A DNA stretch of 37,135 bases from an uncultured Thermoplasmatales archaeon (lineage in GTDB: Archaea > Thermoplasmatota > E2 > UBA202 > JdFR-43), in the NCBI GenBank assembly GCA_964503915.1, contig CAZDCH010000002.1, forward strand, positions 1-37,135. The letters are read 5' to 3'. This document shows, piece after piece, positions 25,528-34,070 of this stretch. How positions within the stretch are numbered: position 1 is the first letter of the stretch; each line of letters opens with the position of its first letter. Below the pieces are notes generated by a model. That model searched no databases. It was not told where the DNA came from and saw only the letters and a program-made list of their open reading frames with translations. A program made the translations under genes and the position numbers.

Positions 25528-26549
25528 TCTAGTACATAATATTCCCAACTTGCTTGATTATTTTCCCAGTTATTTTCCCATACAGGAGGATTCTCTTCTA
25601 TATTTAAAACTACCCATGCTATATCAGGGTGTATACCAGCACGGGTTATTTGGAAACCTCTTTTTTGTATAGTTTTAGTTTCATACATTGAAAGGTCTGG
25701 GCCTTTATAAGTATAAAATTCCCCTTCAAAACTAATCATGTAAAACCAATCATAATTTGTATATCCTCCATTATTTTTGATTATAATTCTAAAATATACC
25801 CAATCACCGACATGCACTGTTTTTGCTTCTTCGCCGGTTAATTCATTTATCATTTTAAATTCTGCAACACAAAGATCCGTAGTTGGATAAACGGTTATCC
25901 ATTTTCCTTTGCTTTTAGTTTGGCCATCACGACTAGTAACGATTAGTTCCACATAATGATTGGTTTCATAATTATATGGGTAAAATCTATGCCAAATCTC
26001 TCTTCCATAATACTCATATTGATAATCAATGTTCCACGTCCAATTTAAAATATCTCCGTAACAGGTTTCCCAAAAATGTACATATTGCCCACCACTTGGT
26101 GTATCTGGTTTAAAATTAAAATCAACTATGAGTGGATCTTCTGTTTGACTTTCATTTCCATCGCTTCCTTCACTTTCGCTACTTTCATTTCCATAATCCA
26201 TGCTATCCTGTATATAAATTAGTTTTGATATGCTATCACTAGCTCCTTCATTATCTGTTACTGTTAAAGTAACATCATAATATCCAGCATTGCTATATAC
26301 ATGGCTTGGATTTTGTTGATAGCTGTAGCTACCATCTCCAAAATTCCAATACCATTCTACTATATATCCATCTGCATCATATGATTCATCATAGAATTGT
26401 ATTACATCTCCTTCATATGCATTTGTTGGGCTATAGCTGAAATTTGCATTTGGGGAAGAATTATAATCATTATCATCATTAACTGCTCCTTTTATAAAAG
26501 GAAATATAAGCAATAAGCAAATCCATGCTACCATCAATTTCCCTCTCAT
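25524..26549 (-). CDS. Secreted PKD-domain protein
   Basis: 341 aa with a signal-like N-terminus (MVAWICLLLIFPFIKG). The PKD signature is FSYSP....GD.IQFYDES.D.DG.IVEWYWNFGDGS......PSHVY...G.Y.VTLTVTDNEGASD. An acidic S/E/G linker and a second beta-rich domain follow. Confidence 0.85.
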   Translation of the reverse strand: MRGKLMVAWICLLLIFPFIKGAVNDDNDYNSSPNANFSYSPTNAYEGDVIQFYDESYDADGYIVEWYWNFGDGSYSYQQNPSHVYSNAGYYDVTLTVTDNEGASDSISKLIYIQDSMDYGNESSESEGSDGNESQTEDPLIVDFNFKPDTPSGGQYVHFWETCYGDILNWTWNIDYQYEYYGREIWHRFYPYNYETNHYVELIVTSRDGQTKSKGKWITVYPTTDLCVAEFKMINELTGEEAKTVHVGDWVYFRIIIKNNGGYTNYDWFYMISFEGEFYTYKGPDLSMYETKTIQKRGFQITRAGIHPDIAWVVLNIEENPPVWENNWENNQASWEYYVLE

Positions 26550-26716
26550 AGTTATTTAAAATGTTGATATATATATATTGCGAAAGCTTTAAAATAAAGT
26601 AAAGATTTAAAAAAGCTGAATAGTGATGAAAGGGTCAGAATCTGATTAGAGATGATGATAATTTTTTTATTTTTTATTTTTTAATTTTTTATTTTGTTGT
26701 TCATTTCCTCCAAATG

Positions 26717-26725
26717 TTTATAAAT
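26717..26725 (+). promoter_or_regulatory. Candidate TATA box for tbp (leaderless or near-leaderless transcript)
   Basis: tttataaat is centred about 25 nt upstream of the tbp ATG at 26746. The call rests on position and sequence only. Confidence 0.35.
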
Positions 26726-26745
26726 CAAATTTATATATAAGCCAA

Positions 26746-27303
26746 ATGGTAGAGAAAAAAGTTGATATGAAAATTGAAAATGTTGTTGCTTCTACAACTA
26801 TAGCAAGGGAATTAGATTTATCAAAACTTAAAAAAGCTTTGCCAGAAAGTGAATATGAACCAGAACAATTTCCTGGCTTAGTTTTAAGATTAGATGAGCC
26901 TAAGACGGCTGCACTGCTTTTCAGGAGTGGAAAAGTAGTTTGTACTGGAGCTAAAACAATAAGAGATGTTGAAAGAGCAATAAATAAAGTTTGCGATAAA
27001 GTTGCAAAAGCTGGATTTAAAGTATTTAAAAAGCCAGAAATTACTGTTCAAAATATAGTTGCTTCCGCCAATTTACATGCTCAGCTTAATTTAATTGCAA
27101 TAGCACAAGCTATAGGGTTAGAAAAAATAGAATATGAACCAGAACAATTTCCTGGATTAGTTTATAGGATAGATGAACCAAAAGTAGTTATTTTGCTTTT
27201 TGGTTCAGGCAAATTGGTATGTACAGGAGCAAGAAAAGCAGAGCAGGTAAATGAAGCTATAAAGAAAATCATTGAAGAACTAAATGCAAAGAGATTATTA
27301 TAA
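26746..27303 (+). CDS. tbp: TATA-box-binding protein
   Basis: 185 aa with two direct repeats, each containing IENVVAS/VQNIVAS ... YEPEQFPGLV.R...PK...L.F.SGK.VCTGA. Confidence 0.95.
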   Translation: MVEKKVDMKIENVVASTTIARELDLSKLKKALPESEYEPEQFPGLVLRLDEPKTAALLFRSGKVVCTGAKTIRDVERAINKVCDKVAKAGFKVFKKPEITVQNIVASANLHAQLNLIAIAQAIGLEKIEYEPEQFPGLVYRIDEPKVVILLFGSGKLVCTGARKAEQVNEAIKKIIEELNAKRLL

Positions 27304-28645
27304 AGTTGCAATAATAGGAGCGGGGCCAGCTGGCTTATTCGCTGCTTATCAAATAGCTTCAAAAAGTGATGTTATTATAATTGATAAGGGGAAAGATATA
27401 AAATATAGAAAATGTCCAATAAAGTATTTTACAAAATGTATGAAATGTGAACCTTGCAATGTTTTATGTGGCTTGGGAGGAGCTGGCGGTTTATCAGATG
27501 GGAAACTAAATTTGAGAGCTGATATTGGAGGAAATTTGTACGAATTTGTTGAGAATGCTAATGATTTAGTAAGGCTTGTAGATGAAATCTTTTTGAAACA
27601 TGGTTGTCCTGATAAATTATATGGTAAAAATTTAAAGGATTTAGAAAAAATTGCAAGTCAGCATGGAATAAAATTTATTCCAATACCTCAACGCCATATT
27701 GGCTCCAATTTATTACCAAATATAATATCATCAATAAAAAGGGAATTAGAAAAGAATGGAGTTGAATTTTTGCTTGAAAAGGAAGTAAAGGAAATAGAAA
27801 GAAATGGCAAGTTTAAGCTAATTTTGGATGATAGGGAAATAAAAGCTGATTATGTATTGGCTTGTGTTGGAAGAAGTGGAGCAGATTGGCTTGCTAAACA
27901 AGCAGAAAAGCTAAAGATAAAAACGAAATATGCTCCAATTGATATAGGAGTAAGGGTAGAAGTTCCAAGCGTAGTAATGGAAGATATAATAAGCAAGGCT
28001 TGGGACCCAAAGTTTCATATTTATACCCAAACATATGATGATTTTGTTCGCACTTTCTGCACCTGCCCAAATGGATTTGTTGTAATGGAAGATTATGGAG
28101 AATATATTTCTGTAAATGGTCATTCTGTATTACATGAAAAATCCAGCAACACAAATTTTGCTTTTTTAGTTAGAATTGATTTAACTGAGCCAACAGAAAA
28201 TACAACTATATATGGAAAATCTATTGCAAAAATGGCAACCATATTAGGAAGTAGAAAACCAATTTTGCAAAGGCTTGGAGATTTAAAATCTGGGCGCCGT
28301 TCAACATGGCAAAGAATTCAAAGATCTTATGTTGAGCCTACTTTAAAAAATGTTACTCCTGGTGATATATCAATGGTGCTGCCTCATAGAATAGTTACAG
28401 ATATAATTGAAGGATTAGATAAGTTGGCTAAAGTTATTCCTGGCATAAATGAAGATTCTACTTTGCTATATGCTCCCGAAATAAAATTTTATTCAATGCG
28501 TTTCATTGTTAGCAAGAATTTGGAAACAAATTTGCCGAATTTTTTTGTAGCTGGAGATGGCGCAGGATTATCAAGAGGTATAGTTACTTCTGCTGCAACA
28601 GGTATAATAGCTGCGAGAGGAATTTTGAAAAAAATGGGGAGATAG
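27284..28645 (+). CDS. FAD-dependent dehydrogenase (COG2509-like, function unknown)
   Basis: 453 aa with an N-terminal VAIIGAGPAGLFAA Rossmann motif and a C-terminal FVAGDGAGLSRGIV. It overlaps the tbp 3' end by 20 nt. Confidence 0.75.
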   Translation: MQRDYYKVAIIGAGPAGLFAAYQIASKSDVIIIDKGKDIKYRKCPIKYFTKCMKCEPCNVLCGLGGAGGLSDGKLNLRADIGGNLYEFVENANDLVRLVDEIFLKHGCPDKLYGKNLKDLEKIASQHGIKFIPIPQRHIGSNLLPNIISSIKRELEKNGVEFLLEKEVKEIERNGKFKLILDDREIKADYVLACVGRSGADWLAKQAEKLKIKTKYAPIDIGVRVEVPSVVMEDIISKAWDPKFHIYTQTYDDFVRTFCTCPNGFVVMEDYGEYISVNGHSVLHEKSSNTNFAFLVRIDLTEPTENTTIYGKSIAKMATILGSRKPILQRLGDLKSGRRSTWQRIQRSYVEPTLKNVTPGDISMVLPHRIVTDIIEGLDKLAKVIPGINEDSTLLYAPEIKFYSMRFIVSKNLETNLPNFFVAGDGAGLSRGIVTSAATGIIAARGILKKMGR

Positions 28646-28717
28646 CTTAAATGCATAATTAGCAGGCTTGCTAACAAAAACCATATACTTATATATATTT
28701 TATAAATCTAAAAATAA

Positions 28718-29017
28718 ATGGATGAAAGAATAACGCTAGATAAGGAAAGTTTTATGGCTTTAGCTTCAGAAAGCAGAATAAAATTGTTGAAAAAATTAGA
28801 AGAAAGAAGGATGACAGTAACAGAATTAGCTAAAGAATTGGGAATGAGTAAGCCAGCTATTTTAAGGCACATGAATAAGTTAATTGAAGCGGGATTGGTA
28901 AAAAAATTGGAAGATAAAAGAAAATGGGTATATTATACATTAACTTTTAAAGGAAAAAATATTTTACATCCTGAAAAAGTAAAAAATAATTTTGCTTTTA
29001 TCACTTTCTATTTTTAA
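28718..29017 (+). CDS. ArsR-family winged-HTH transcriptional regulator
   Basis: 99 aa containing SESRIKLLKKLEERRMTVTELAKELGMSKPAILRHMNKLIEAGLV...WVYYTLT. Confidence 0.8.
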   Translation: MDERITLDKESFMALASESRIKLLKKLEERRMTVTELAKELGMSKPAILRHMNKLIEAGLVKKLEDKRKWVYYTLTFKGKNILHPEKVKNNFAFITFYF

Positions 29018-29234
29018 TATAATTGGAGCAATAGTAACTTTATGGAAATATATAAATAATGTAAGAGTAGAAAGAGATTTAACATATGGAAATGTTACCC
29101 AGATAACAAAAAATATACTGACAAAGCCATCAACTGGCCTTTTTTACATTAGCTTGTTATTTTCTATCATTTCCTCAATTTTAATTGCTTTATCAATATA
29201 TGTATTGGCAAAAAGAAAGGAAACTTTATTTTGA
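28992..29234 (+). CDS. Two-TM membrane segment, possibly the frameshifted C-terminal part of the ArsR-family gene
   Basis: 80-aa ORF with a TTG start and two hydrophobic helices (LLSLSIFNIIGAIVTLW and GLFYISLLFSIISSILIALSIYVLA). It overlaps the ArsR ORF in another frame, next to an A6 run at 28981-28986. Confidence 0.4.
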   Translation: MLLSLSIFNIIGAIVTLWKYINNVRVERDLTYGNVTQITKNILTKPSTGLFYISLLFSIISSILIALSIYVLAKRKETLF

Positions 29235-29338
29235 TTTTTTAATTTTAATTTTGTTAATTTTGTTTTCAAAATTAATAAACCATTGAGTTTCATCCCATAT
29301 TTTATATGGAATCCATATCTTCTTTTTCATTTTTTCAT

Positions 29339-30612
29339 TCATATTCTAATATTAAATATAATAACTCCTATTTCATCTTTAGCAATATTTCCACAATCAT
29401 GTGCTTTTTAAAACATGTCTTCCAAAAATTGTTTCATTCCATACTTTTTTCTTTTGTAACATATTTTATTTTATTGTCAACCCATATCTCAACTTTTTCA
29501 ATTCTACTTTCATATCCTTTAGGCCTTTCAATTCTAACCATAGGCTATCTGTTTTTTTCTGTAAACAATCCTAAAGATGGATCGCCATATAAAATAAATC
29601 CATAAAGATTTGAATAGAATCTCCATATGGATTCTTTAGATTTTAAATTTAAAATGTTATAATATATCTTTGAATTATACAATGCATTCCCACATTTTTG
29701 ATTATAATTGATTAGAAAATGGAAAAAGTAATAGTTAATTGAATAACTTCCTCCATCGCTTTCATTATTCCATATTCTGCTCATATTTATCAACTGCCAT
29801 CTGTTGAACCAATAAATGCAACAGCCGCTCCATTTTCAATAAAATTTCTTCCCATATTTCTTGATGTCCACAATTGATAGCATCCAGATGTATATATAAT
29901 AGGCTTTTGCATATCCAATTTCTGGCTATCTGTTGAGCTTAAAAAACGTAATATATTTCAATTCCTTTTCTTCTGGAATATTATCTCCATCGTCATATTG
30001 CCACAAAAGCCTAGTTATCCTGTTGCTGTCTGCTTGTCCAAGCATACAAACAATTCCATATCCTTTTACCCATTCTGCCAAAACATTGGAATGATTTAAT
30101 GGATAATCACATTCATATATAGAAGGCTTTATTCCTTCCTTTTCATACATTCTTGTTGATATAAAACCATTTGGTTCGAAAATATCTTTACGACATTCTT
30201 CCATTAAAGTTGCGGTATCTGAACGGTGCCATATACCATATGGACTTCCTTGATTTTCATAAAAAATTATTGCTCCAAGCATCATCAGCATACTCGCCAT
30301 CTCCATCACTATCCCAATTTCCTGTTAAATCGGCATAATAGTAATCAGTTGGTACTTGGCTTTCACATGAAATAGGATAGCAATTTCTCTTGGAATATTA
30401 TCTCTACTTCCAACAATTAAAACATAGTTTATTCCCCATTATATTTATCAATTAAAAATTTCTTATTTTTTCTTTATATCTTTTCCATTGTAATTTGAAG
30501 AAATCCATGAAGTAGTTACAATTTTTACAGAATAACCAATATTTTCCTTCCAATTTTTTAGTTGAGCAGTTGTAATGATAACATAATCATAAGTTGAATG
30601 AACTTATTTAAC
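29339..30612 (-). pseudogene. Decayed peptidase C25 (gingipain)-like cysteine protease gene lacking its 5' end
   Basis: Reverse-strand pieces lie in three frames. The pieces are listed here:
- HSTYDYVIITTAQLKNWKENIGYSVKIVTTSWI
- YVLIVGSRDNIP
- VPTDYYYADLTGNWDSDGDGEYADDAW
- the 127-aa ORF
- YTSGCYQLWTSRNMGRNFIENGAAVAFIGSTDGS
- ...YGFILYGDPSLGLF
An in-frame TAG follows, then an Ig-like tail (VEIWVDNK...YEWNETIFGRHVLK/AHDCGNIAKDEIGVIIFN). Confidence 0.7.
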
Positions 30613-30634
30613 TCTTATTATAACACAATATGAT

Positions 30635-32182
30635 TTATTGAATCTTGCTTTTATGTAAAGAAGGAAGAAAATTTAATATATATACTTCAATTTTATCTAC
30701 TGCTACTGCTCCAGCATTTCCATAACGAGCAGCAACTGTAATTTTTCCCCACGAATTTAATCCAAATACTCTACATTTCCATTCATATGGAGGAAAATAA
30801 TCTATTTCTCTTGGCTTTTCATCAAAAATAAAGTTACTACTATAATAGTATTCAACTCTATTTATTTTTTCTGGCTTATTTGCTTCAACAACTACGGTTA
30901 TTCCTCCTATAATTAAAGTTTTGTAATATGCCATTATTTCTCTATCAAAAATATAAAGATAGTTTTCTTTTGGCTTAACTATTTTTATTTTTGGTGGTGT
31001 TTCGTCATTGCATTTAACAACGAGTCCTTTTCCATATCCCCATTTATGTTCTATTCTTCCGCACGCAATATAGCCATCATTTAATGCAATAACAGCTAGA
31101 AATTTATCTGTATTTCTCTCTCCAAAACTTTTATTCCATATTTCATTTCCTTCTTTATCTACTTTCAAAAGCCATGCATCCCAATTTCCTACAGCATAGT
31201 TTTCTGTTGAGCCACATAATATATAACCATCTTTGGCAATATCAAAATTTACTATGTACTCAAAATACTTTCCATATGTTCTCTTCCATATTTCATTTCC
31301 TTCTTTATCCACTTTTATCAAAAATCCATGAGGAATTTCTTCCTGGCCTAATAAAACATATCCTGCTATCATATAACCATCTTCAATTTCTTCAACTTTT
31401 GTTCTCCATACATACCCTTTCCATCCATATGTTTTATTCCATATTTCATTTCCTTCTTTATCTAATTTGATAAGCAATGCATCCCATATTCCGTGAGTAG
31501 CATATAAATCGCTCACTCCAGAAATTAAATAGCCATTATCTGTTTCTATCACATCATCACCAGCAAATCCCTCTTTAAAGACCTTGTACCATTCCATATT
31601 CCCATTTTCATCTGTTTTAATAAGTAAAATATCCTCGCTTACATTTCTATCCATGACAAAGGATGCTGCACTACCTATCAATAAATAACCTCCATCTTTT
31701 GCCTTTATAACTTTTCCAAATTCTCCATCCACACCATATGTTTTATTCCATATTTCATTTCCTTCTTTATCTACTTTTACAAGCCAGAAATCTTCAGCTC
31801 CTTTTTTAAGGGAATAGGAAAAAGTATATCCTCCCGCTATATACCCATCTTCTGTTTCCAAAATACACCATAACCCATCCTCATCTTTTCCTCCATAAAA
31901 ATTTTGCCATATTATATTTCCTTCCTTGTCTATTTTAACAATCCATCCATTTCCTGTATCTTGTTGCCCCTTATATGGCTCAAAAGTTGTTCCAGCTATA
32001 ATGTACCCTCCTTCTATTGGCTTTATATCAAAAAATTGTCCTATTCCCATTCCTTCGTATTCTTTGCTCCATTCATCAGCAGTCGAATATTTTATTAAAT
32101 TGCCTTTAAGAGAGATAAACAAAACTAACAAAATAATGAATGGAATAGCAAGAGATAGTATTTTTCTCATTTTCTCTTTCAT
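30635..32182 (-). CDS. Secreted beta-propeller-repeat surface protein with a C-terminal Ig-like domain
   Basis: 515 aa with a signal/TM segment (ILSLAIPFIILLVLFISL). About seven repeats follow of the type (W/L)L(V/I)K(V/I)DKEGNEIWNKTYG....(D/N)GY(I/L).(A/C)G. The C-terminal roughly 120 aa form a separate domain that is also present as a remnant at 2938..3300. Confidence 0.85.
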   Translation of the reverse strand: MKEKMRKILSLAIPFIILLVLFISLKGNLIKYSTADEWSKEYEGMGIGQFFDIKPIEGGYIIAGTTFEPYKGQQDTGNGWIVKIDKEGNIIWQNFYGGKDEDGLWCILETEDGYIAGGYTFSYSLKKGAEDFWLVKVDKEGNEIWNKTYGVDGEFGKVIKAKDGGYLLIGSAASFVMDRNVSEDILLIKTDENGNMEWYKVFKEGFAGDDVIETDNGYLISGVSDLYATHGIWDALLIKLDKEGNEIWNKTYGWKGYVWRTKVEEIEDGYMIAGYVLLGQEEIPHGFLIKVDKEGNEIWKRTYGKYFEYIVNFDIAKDGYILCGSTENYAVGNWDAWLLKVDKEGNEIWNKSFGERNTDKFLAVIALNDGYIACGRIEHKWGYGKGLVVKCNDETPPKIKIVKPKENYLYIFDREIMAYYKTLIIGGITVVVEANKPEKINRVEYYYSSNFIFDEKPREIDYFPPYEWKCRVFGLNSWGKITVAARYGNAGAVAVDKIEVYILNFLPSLHKSKIQ

Positions 32183-32243
32183 AATATAATTCTTACTTTT
32201 AAAAAATTATGGAGAAGAGTGTATAAATTTACCTGTAAAATAG

Positions 32244-32331
32244 CGCTGAGGGAGGGATTTGAACCCTCGCGGGGCGCAAGCCCCACAGGCTCTCAAGGCC
32301 TGCGCCTTAGTCCGGGCTTGGCTACCTCAGC
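32244..32331 (-). tRNA. tRNA-Ser (anticodon UGA), no encoded CCA
   Basis: I folded the reverse strand by hand and read these elements:
- acceptor stem GCUGAGG/CCUCAGC
- 3-bp D stem
- anticodon stem CAGGC/GCCUG
- anticodon loop CU-UGA-GA
- long variable arm UGGGGCUUGCGCCCCGC
- T arm GAGGG-UUCAAAU-CCCUC
- discriminator G. Confidence 0.92.
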
Positions 32332-32416
32332 TTATTGATAAAATAGAACCAAATAAAAAATTTTATGATTAAAATATGTTAAGCTTTTAAATTTCAATAT
32401 TTGCCAGATGATTTTC

Positions 32417-32728
32417 TTAAGATTTTAAAACAATTTCAATATTTACTCCATCTGGAACTTGCACTCTCATTAGCTGGCGCAAAGCTCGATCTTGGGCATC
32501 TATTTCAATAAGCCTTTTATGTATCCTCATTTCCCATTTATCCCATGTTTCTGAGCCTTCTCCATCTGGACTTTTTCTGCAAGGAACTATAAGCCTTTTA
32601 GTGGGAAGAGGGATGGGGCCTCGCATTCTTATTCCTGTCTTTTCTGCAATTTTTTTTATCTGCTGACAAACTTCGTCAATTTTTTTTGCATCTGTTCCTG
32701 TTAAAGTTATCCTTGCTACTTGTGCCAT
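32417..32728 (-). CDS. rps10: 30S ribosomal protein S10 (uS10)
   Basis: 103 aa with ARITLTG.D...D.VC.QI...A.K.G....GPIPLPTK.L...[23 protein letters not shown]. It starts 1 nt after the EF-1alpha stop. Confidence 0.95.
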   Translation of the reverse strand: MAQVARITLTGTDAKKIDEVCQQIKKIAEKTGIRMRGPIPLPTKRLIVPCRKSPDGEGSETWDKWEMRIHKRLIEIDAQDRALRQLMRVQVPDGVNIEIVLKS

Positions 32729-32729
32729 A

Positions 32730-34016
32730 TTATTTAATTTCCCTTGGTTCTATATCTTCTACTACGCCAGCTCCAATTGTCTGTCCCATATCTCTAATGG
32801 CAAATCTTCCTAACTCAGGAATTTCTTTTGCTTTTTCAATAACCATTGGACGAGTTGGTCTTATCTTTACCAAAGCAGCATCTCCTGTTTTCAAAAATTG
32901 TGGATTTTCTTCAATAACTTCTCCAGTTCTTGGGTCAAATTTCTTAAGCAATGCTTCAAATCTACAAGCTACTTGCGCTGTATGGCAGTGAAAAACTGGT
33001 GTATATCCAACTGTAACTACAGATGGATGGTTTAATATCATTACTCTTGCTGTAAATGATTTTGCTACAGTTGGTGGATTATCAACATGACCAGCAACAT
33101 CTCCTCTTCTTATATCCTTTTTGCTAACTCCTCTTATATTTGCTCCTACATTGTCTCCTGGCTCAGCTTTTGGAATAGCTTCATGATGCATTTCTATAGA
33201 TTTTACCTCTCCAACAACTCCTTTTGGCTGTGTAGATGGCAGAAAAATAAGCTTATCTCCCGGCTTCATTACTCCAGTTTCTACTCTTCCTACTGGAACA
33301 GTTCCTACGCCTGTTATAGAATATACATCTTGAATTGGCCATCTCAATGGCTTTTCTATTGGTTTTGGAGGAACTTTCAAGTTGTTTAAAGCTTCTATTA
33401 ATGTTGGGCCTTCAAACCAATCTAAATTCTTCTTTTCAACAACATTATCTCCTTTCCATGCAGATATTGGAATATATGGTATATCCTTATATCCAATGCC
33501 TTTAAGCAATTTTTCTGCTTCGCTTTTGACTTCTTCATATCTCTTTGCATCATATGGAGGCTGAACAGCATCCATTTTATTTATTGCAACGATCATCTGA
33601 TTAACTCCTAATGTTCTTGCAAGCCATGCATGTTCTTTTGTTTGAGCCATCACTCCTTCTGTTGCTGCTATAACTAAAACAGCTGCATCTGCTTGGCTAG
33701 TTCCAGTAATCATGTTTTTAACAAAATCTCTATGGCCTGGAGCATCTATTATTGTAAAATAGTACTTGTCTGTATCAAATCTTTTATGAGCAACATCTAT
33801 AGTTAATCCACGCTCTCTTTCTTCTTTTAATCTATCCATTACCCATGCCAATGCAAAGCTTTCTTTTCCTTTTGCTCTCGCTTCTTCTTCATATTTCCTG
33901 ATTAAATGTTCTTCTATTTGTCCTGTATCAAGCAACAATCTTCCTACAAGTGTTGATTTTCCATGGTCTACATGCCCTATAAATACCAGATTTAAATGTG
34001 GCTTTTCGGCTGGCAT
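32730..34016 (-). CDS. tuf: Translation elongation factor EF-1alpha
   Basis: 428 aa with [32 protein letters not shown] and NKMD. Collinearity with aEF-1alpha runs the full length. Confidence 0.97.
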   Translation of the reverse strand: MPAEKPHLNLVFIGHVDHGKSTLVGRLLLDTGQIEEHLIRKYEEEARAKGKESFALAWVMDRLKEERERGLTIDVAHKRFDTDKYYFTIIDAPGHRDFVKNMITGTSQADAAVLVIAATEGVMAQTKEHAWLARTLGVNQMIVAINKMDAVQPPYDAKRYEEVKSEAEKLLKGIGYKDIPYIPISAWKGDNVVEKKNLDWFEGPTLIEALNNLKVPPKPIEKPLRWPIQDVYSITGVGTVPVGRVETGVMKPGDKLIFLPSTQPKGVVGEVKSIEMHHEAIPKAEPGDNVGANIRGVSKKDIRRGDVAGHVDNPPTVAKSFTARVMILNHPSVVTVGYTPVFHCHTAQVACRFEALLKKFDPRTGEVIEENPQFLKTGDAALVKIRPTRPMVIEKAKEIPELGRFAIRDMGQTIGAGVVEDIEPREIK

Positions 34017-34070
34017 TTTAATCCTCCTGCTTGTAAATATTTTCCAATATATATACTTTTATTTACTAAG

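Noticed and set aside
29306-29605. 99-aa + strand ORF.
   Set aside because: It lies antisense to the Ig-like tail of the C25-like pseudogene. It is extremely F/S/I/L-rich and has no motif.
31134-31771. Regularly spaced identical 26-mers that could superficially resemble a CRISPR-like array.
   Set aside because: The repeats lie inside a continuous 515-aa ORF and encode the conserved DKEGNEIW strand of each propeller blade. Spacing (150, 154 and 308 nt) and context are wrong for CRISPR, and no cas genes are present.
28718-32243. An integrated element at the 3' side of tRNA-Ser, suggested by the accessory genes and pseudogenes next to the tRNA.
   Set aside because: There is no integrase or recombinase. 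I could find no direct repeat of the tRNA 3' segment (gggatttgaaccctc) elsewhere in the window. The content is ordinary surface-protein genes.
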